Assembly: GCA_002269645.1 (NCBI GenBank) | Contig: NIVC01001327.1 | Coordinates: forward strand, 1 to 54,132 | Source of the DNA: Macrostomum lignano | Taxonomy: Eukaryota | Length of the DNA stretch: 54,132 nt | Direction of reading: 5' to 3' | Part shown: piece after piece, positions 53,150-54,132 of the stretch | How positions within the stretch are numbered: position 1 is the first letter of the stretch | Layout of the letters: every line of letters starts with the position of its first letter | Translations under genes and position numbers: made by a program | Notes under the pieces: generated by a model | What the model was told of the DNA's origin: nothing | Database searches by the model: none | What the model saw: only the letters and a program-made list of their open reading frames with translations

Positions 53150-54132
53150 CACCGGGTCGCCGCCGCCGAGCTGCAGCTCAGGGTGGAGGCCGACATTGTG
53201 ATGCCGCTGTTCAGCCTGTTCTCTGTCGCCGCCGCCGCGCTGCCGTCGCCACGCTGTTGCTGCCCGCCTCGTCGTCCTGCCCTCCTTTAGCGAATTTATG
53301 TCAGCCGGCGAGTTTCGCGTCATCTGCGGCGCGGCGGCGGCGGGTAGCGGCGTCCTGCGGTTGTACTCAACCAGCCGAGTGACCTCCTCGTGAGGGGACA
53401 GCGCCCGCCGCAGCTGGCCATAGTAGTGTCCATTCTGGCGAACGAGCGCTTGCGCCGGAAGATGGCGTCCAGTCCCAGAAAGTCGAGCAGCAGGTCGCAA
53501 ACTCGAACACGGTGATGAGAGAAGCGCCAACCACAGGCCGACGCACCGCCCGACGTCAGTGAGGAAGCGGCTCAGCGGGTACTCCTCGTCCTCGAGCATC
53601 TCGTCAGCAAACAGAGACGATGGAACGATCCGCAGGTACATGAAATTTCTTTCCACGAAATCTACGTTGAGAAGCTCAAACTGGCCGTTCGTCAGCACCT
53701 CTGAGATGTTCATCGGCTCCGTCGTGCTATCGAGTTTCAGGGCCTTGGATGCCAGGTCTGTCGTTCCGTACTTTTTTAGCTCATCGCGTTCCATCATGCT
53801 CAGCAGTCTCAGCCAACCGCGGTGCGTTTTGCGCTCAATCACGGCTGAAAATTAGCCTGACTGATCACAGTTGAGTAGGTGGTGTGCTCGCCACAGGTCT
53901 TTGTAGACATCTTCAACGGGTTCGCCTCCTTTACCTGACGGTGCATTCGATTGGCGCAATCGCTGTCGTTAAAGTGCTGGTCGAACCACTTGAAATCCCG
54001 ACAGAACGGATATTTTTCGTCGTCATATCTTTAGCGGGTATTCGTGGCCGACGCACTTGCACTGCTGCTTGATGGCAGTCTGCGTGATGTTCTCCACGCA
54101 GTCGGTGCGCGTCTCTTTGTAGAAGCGTCTCT
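53150..54132 (-). pseudogene. DEG/ENaC (ASIC-like) sodium channel, C-terminal half, multiple 1-nt frame disruptions (pseudogene or consensus error); continues beyond the window
   Basis: Across shifts: CVENITQTAIKQQCKC..HEYP...YPFC (thumb), KTCGEHTTYSTVISQANF, EEYPLSRFLTDVG.CVGLWL-GASLITVFEF-DLLLD (TM2 with the G-A-S filter). The 3' end is uncertain. Confidence 0.78.

Overview
Eukaryotic (metazoan, invertebrate) genomic DNA with no prokaryotic features, CRISPR arrays or recognisable RNA genes. GC-rich, CpG-rich exons alternate with AT-rich, CpG-poor transposon debris and many minisatellites; this resembles a free-living flatworm such as Macrostomum (inference only). Genes I can reconstruct: PGAP4/TMEM246 (3 exons, +), a Der p 7/group-7-allergen-like TULIP protein (2 exons, -), a 4-unit polyubiquitin (-), RUVBL1/pontin (4 exons, +, one 1-nt frameshift), a Shisa-like single-pass membrane protein (5 exons, -), histone H1 with a 3' stem-loop (+, one 1-nt frameshift giving an Arg-rich tail), a catalytically dead cholinesterase-like membrane protein with a mucin stalk (+), MICU2/3 (+), two orphan secreted proteins (-), the last two exons of an orphan gene (-) and a frame-disrupted DEG/ENaC channel running off the right end (-). 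Transposons: three hAT MITEs with exact 8-bp TSDs, a MULE-like element with a 9-bp TSD containing a nested hAT and LTR debris, and a LINE 3' fragment. The most striking pattern is that many tandem arrays are amplifications of the exon 3' boundary itself (5' splice site or stop codon). In one intron this gives about 30 copies of the donor, in mixed intact and GT-to-CT inactivated forms. The very long ORFs over the arrays are artefacts.
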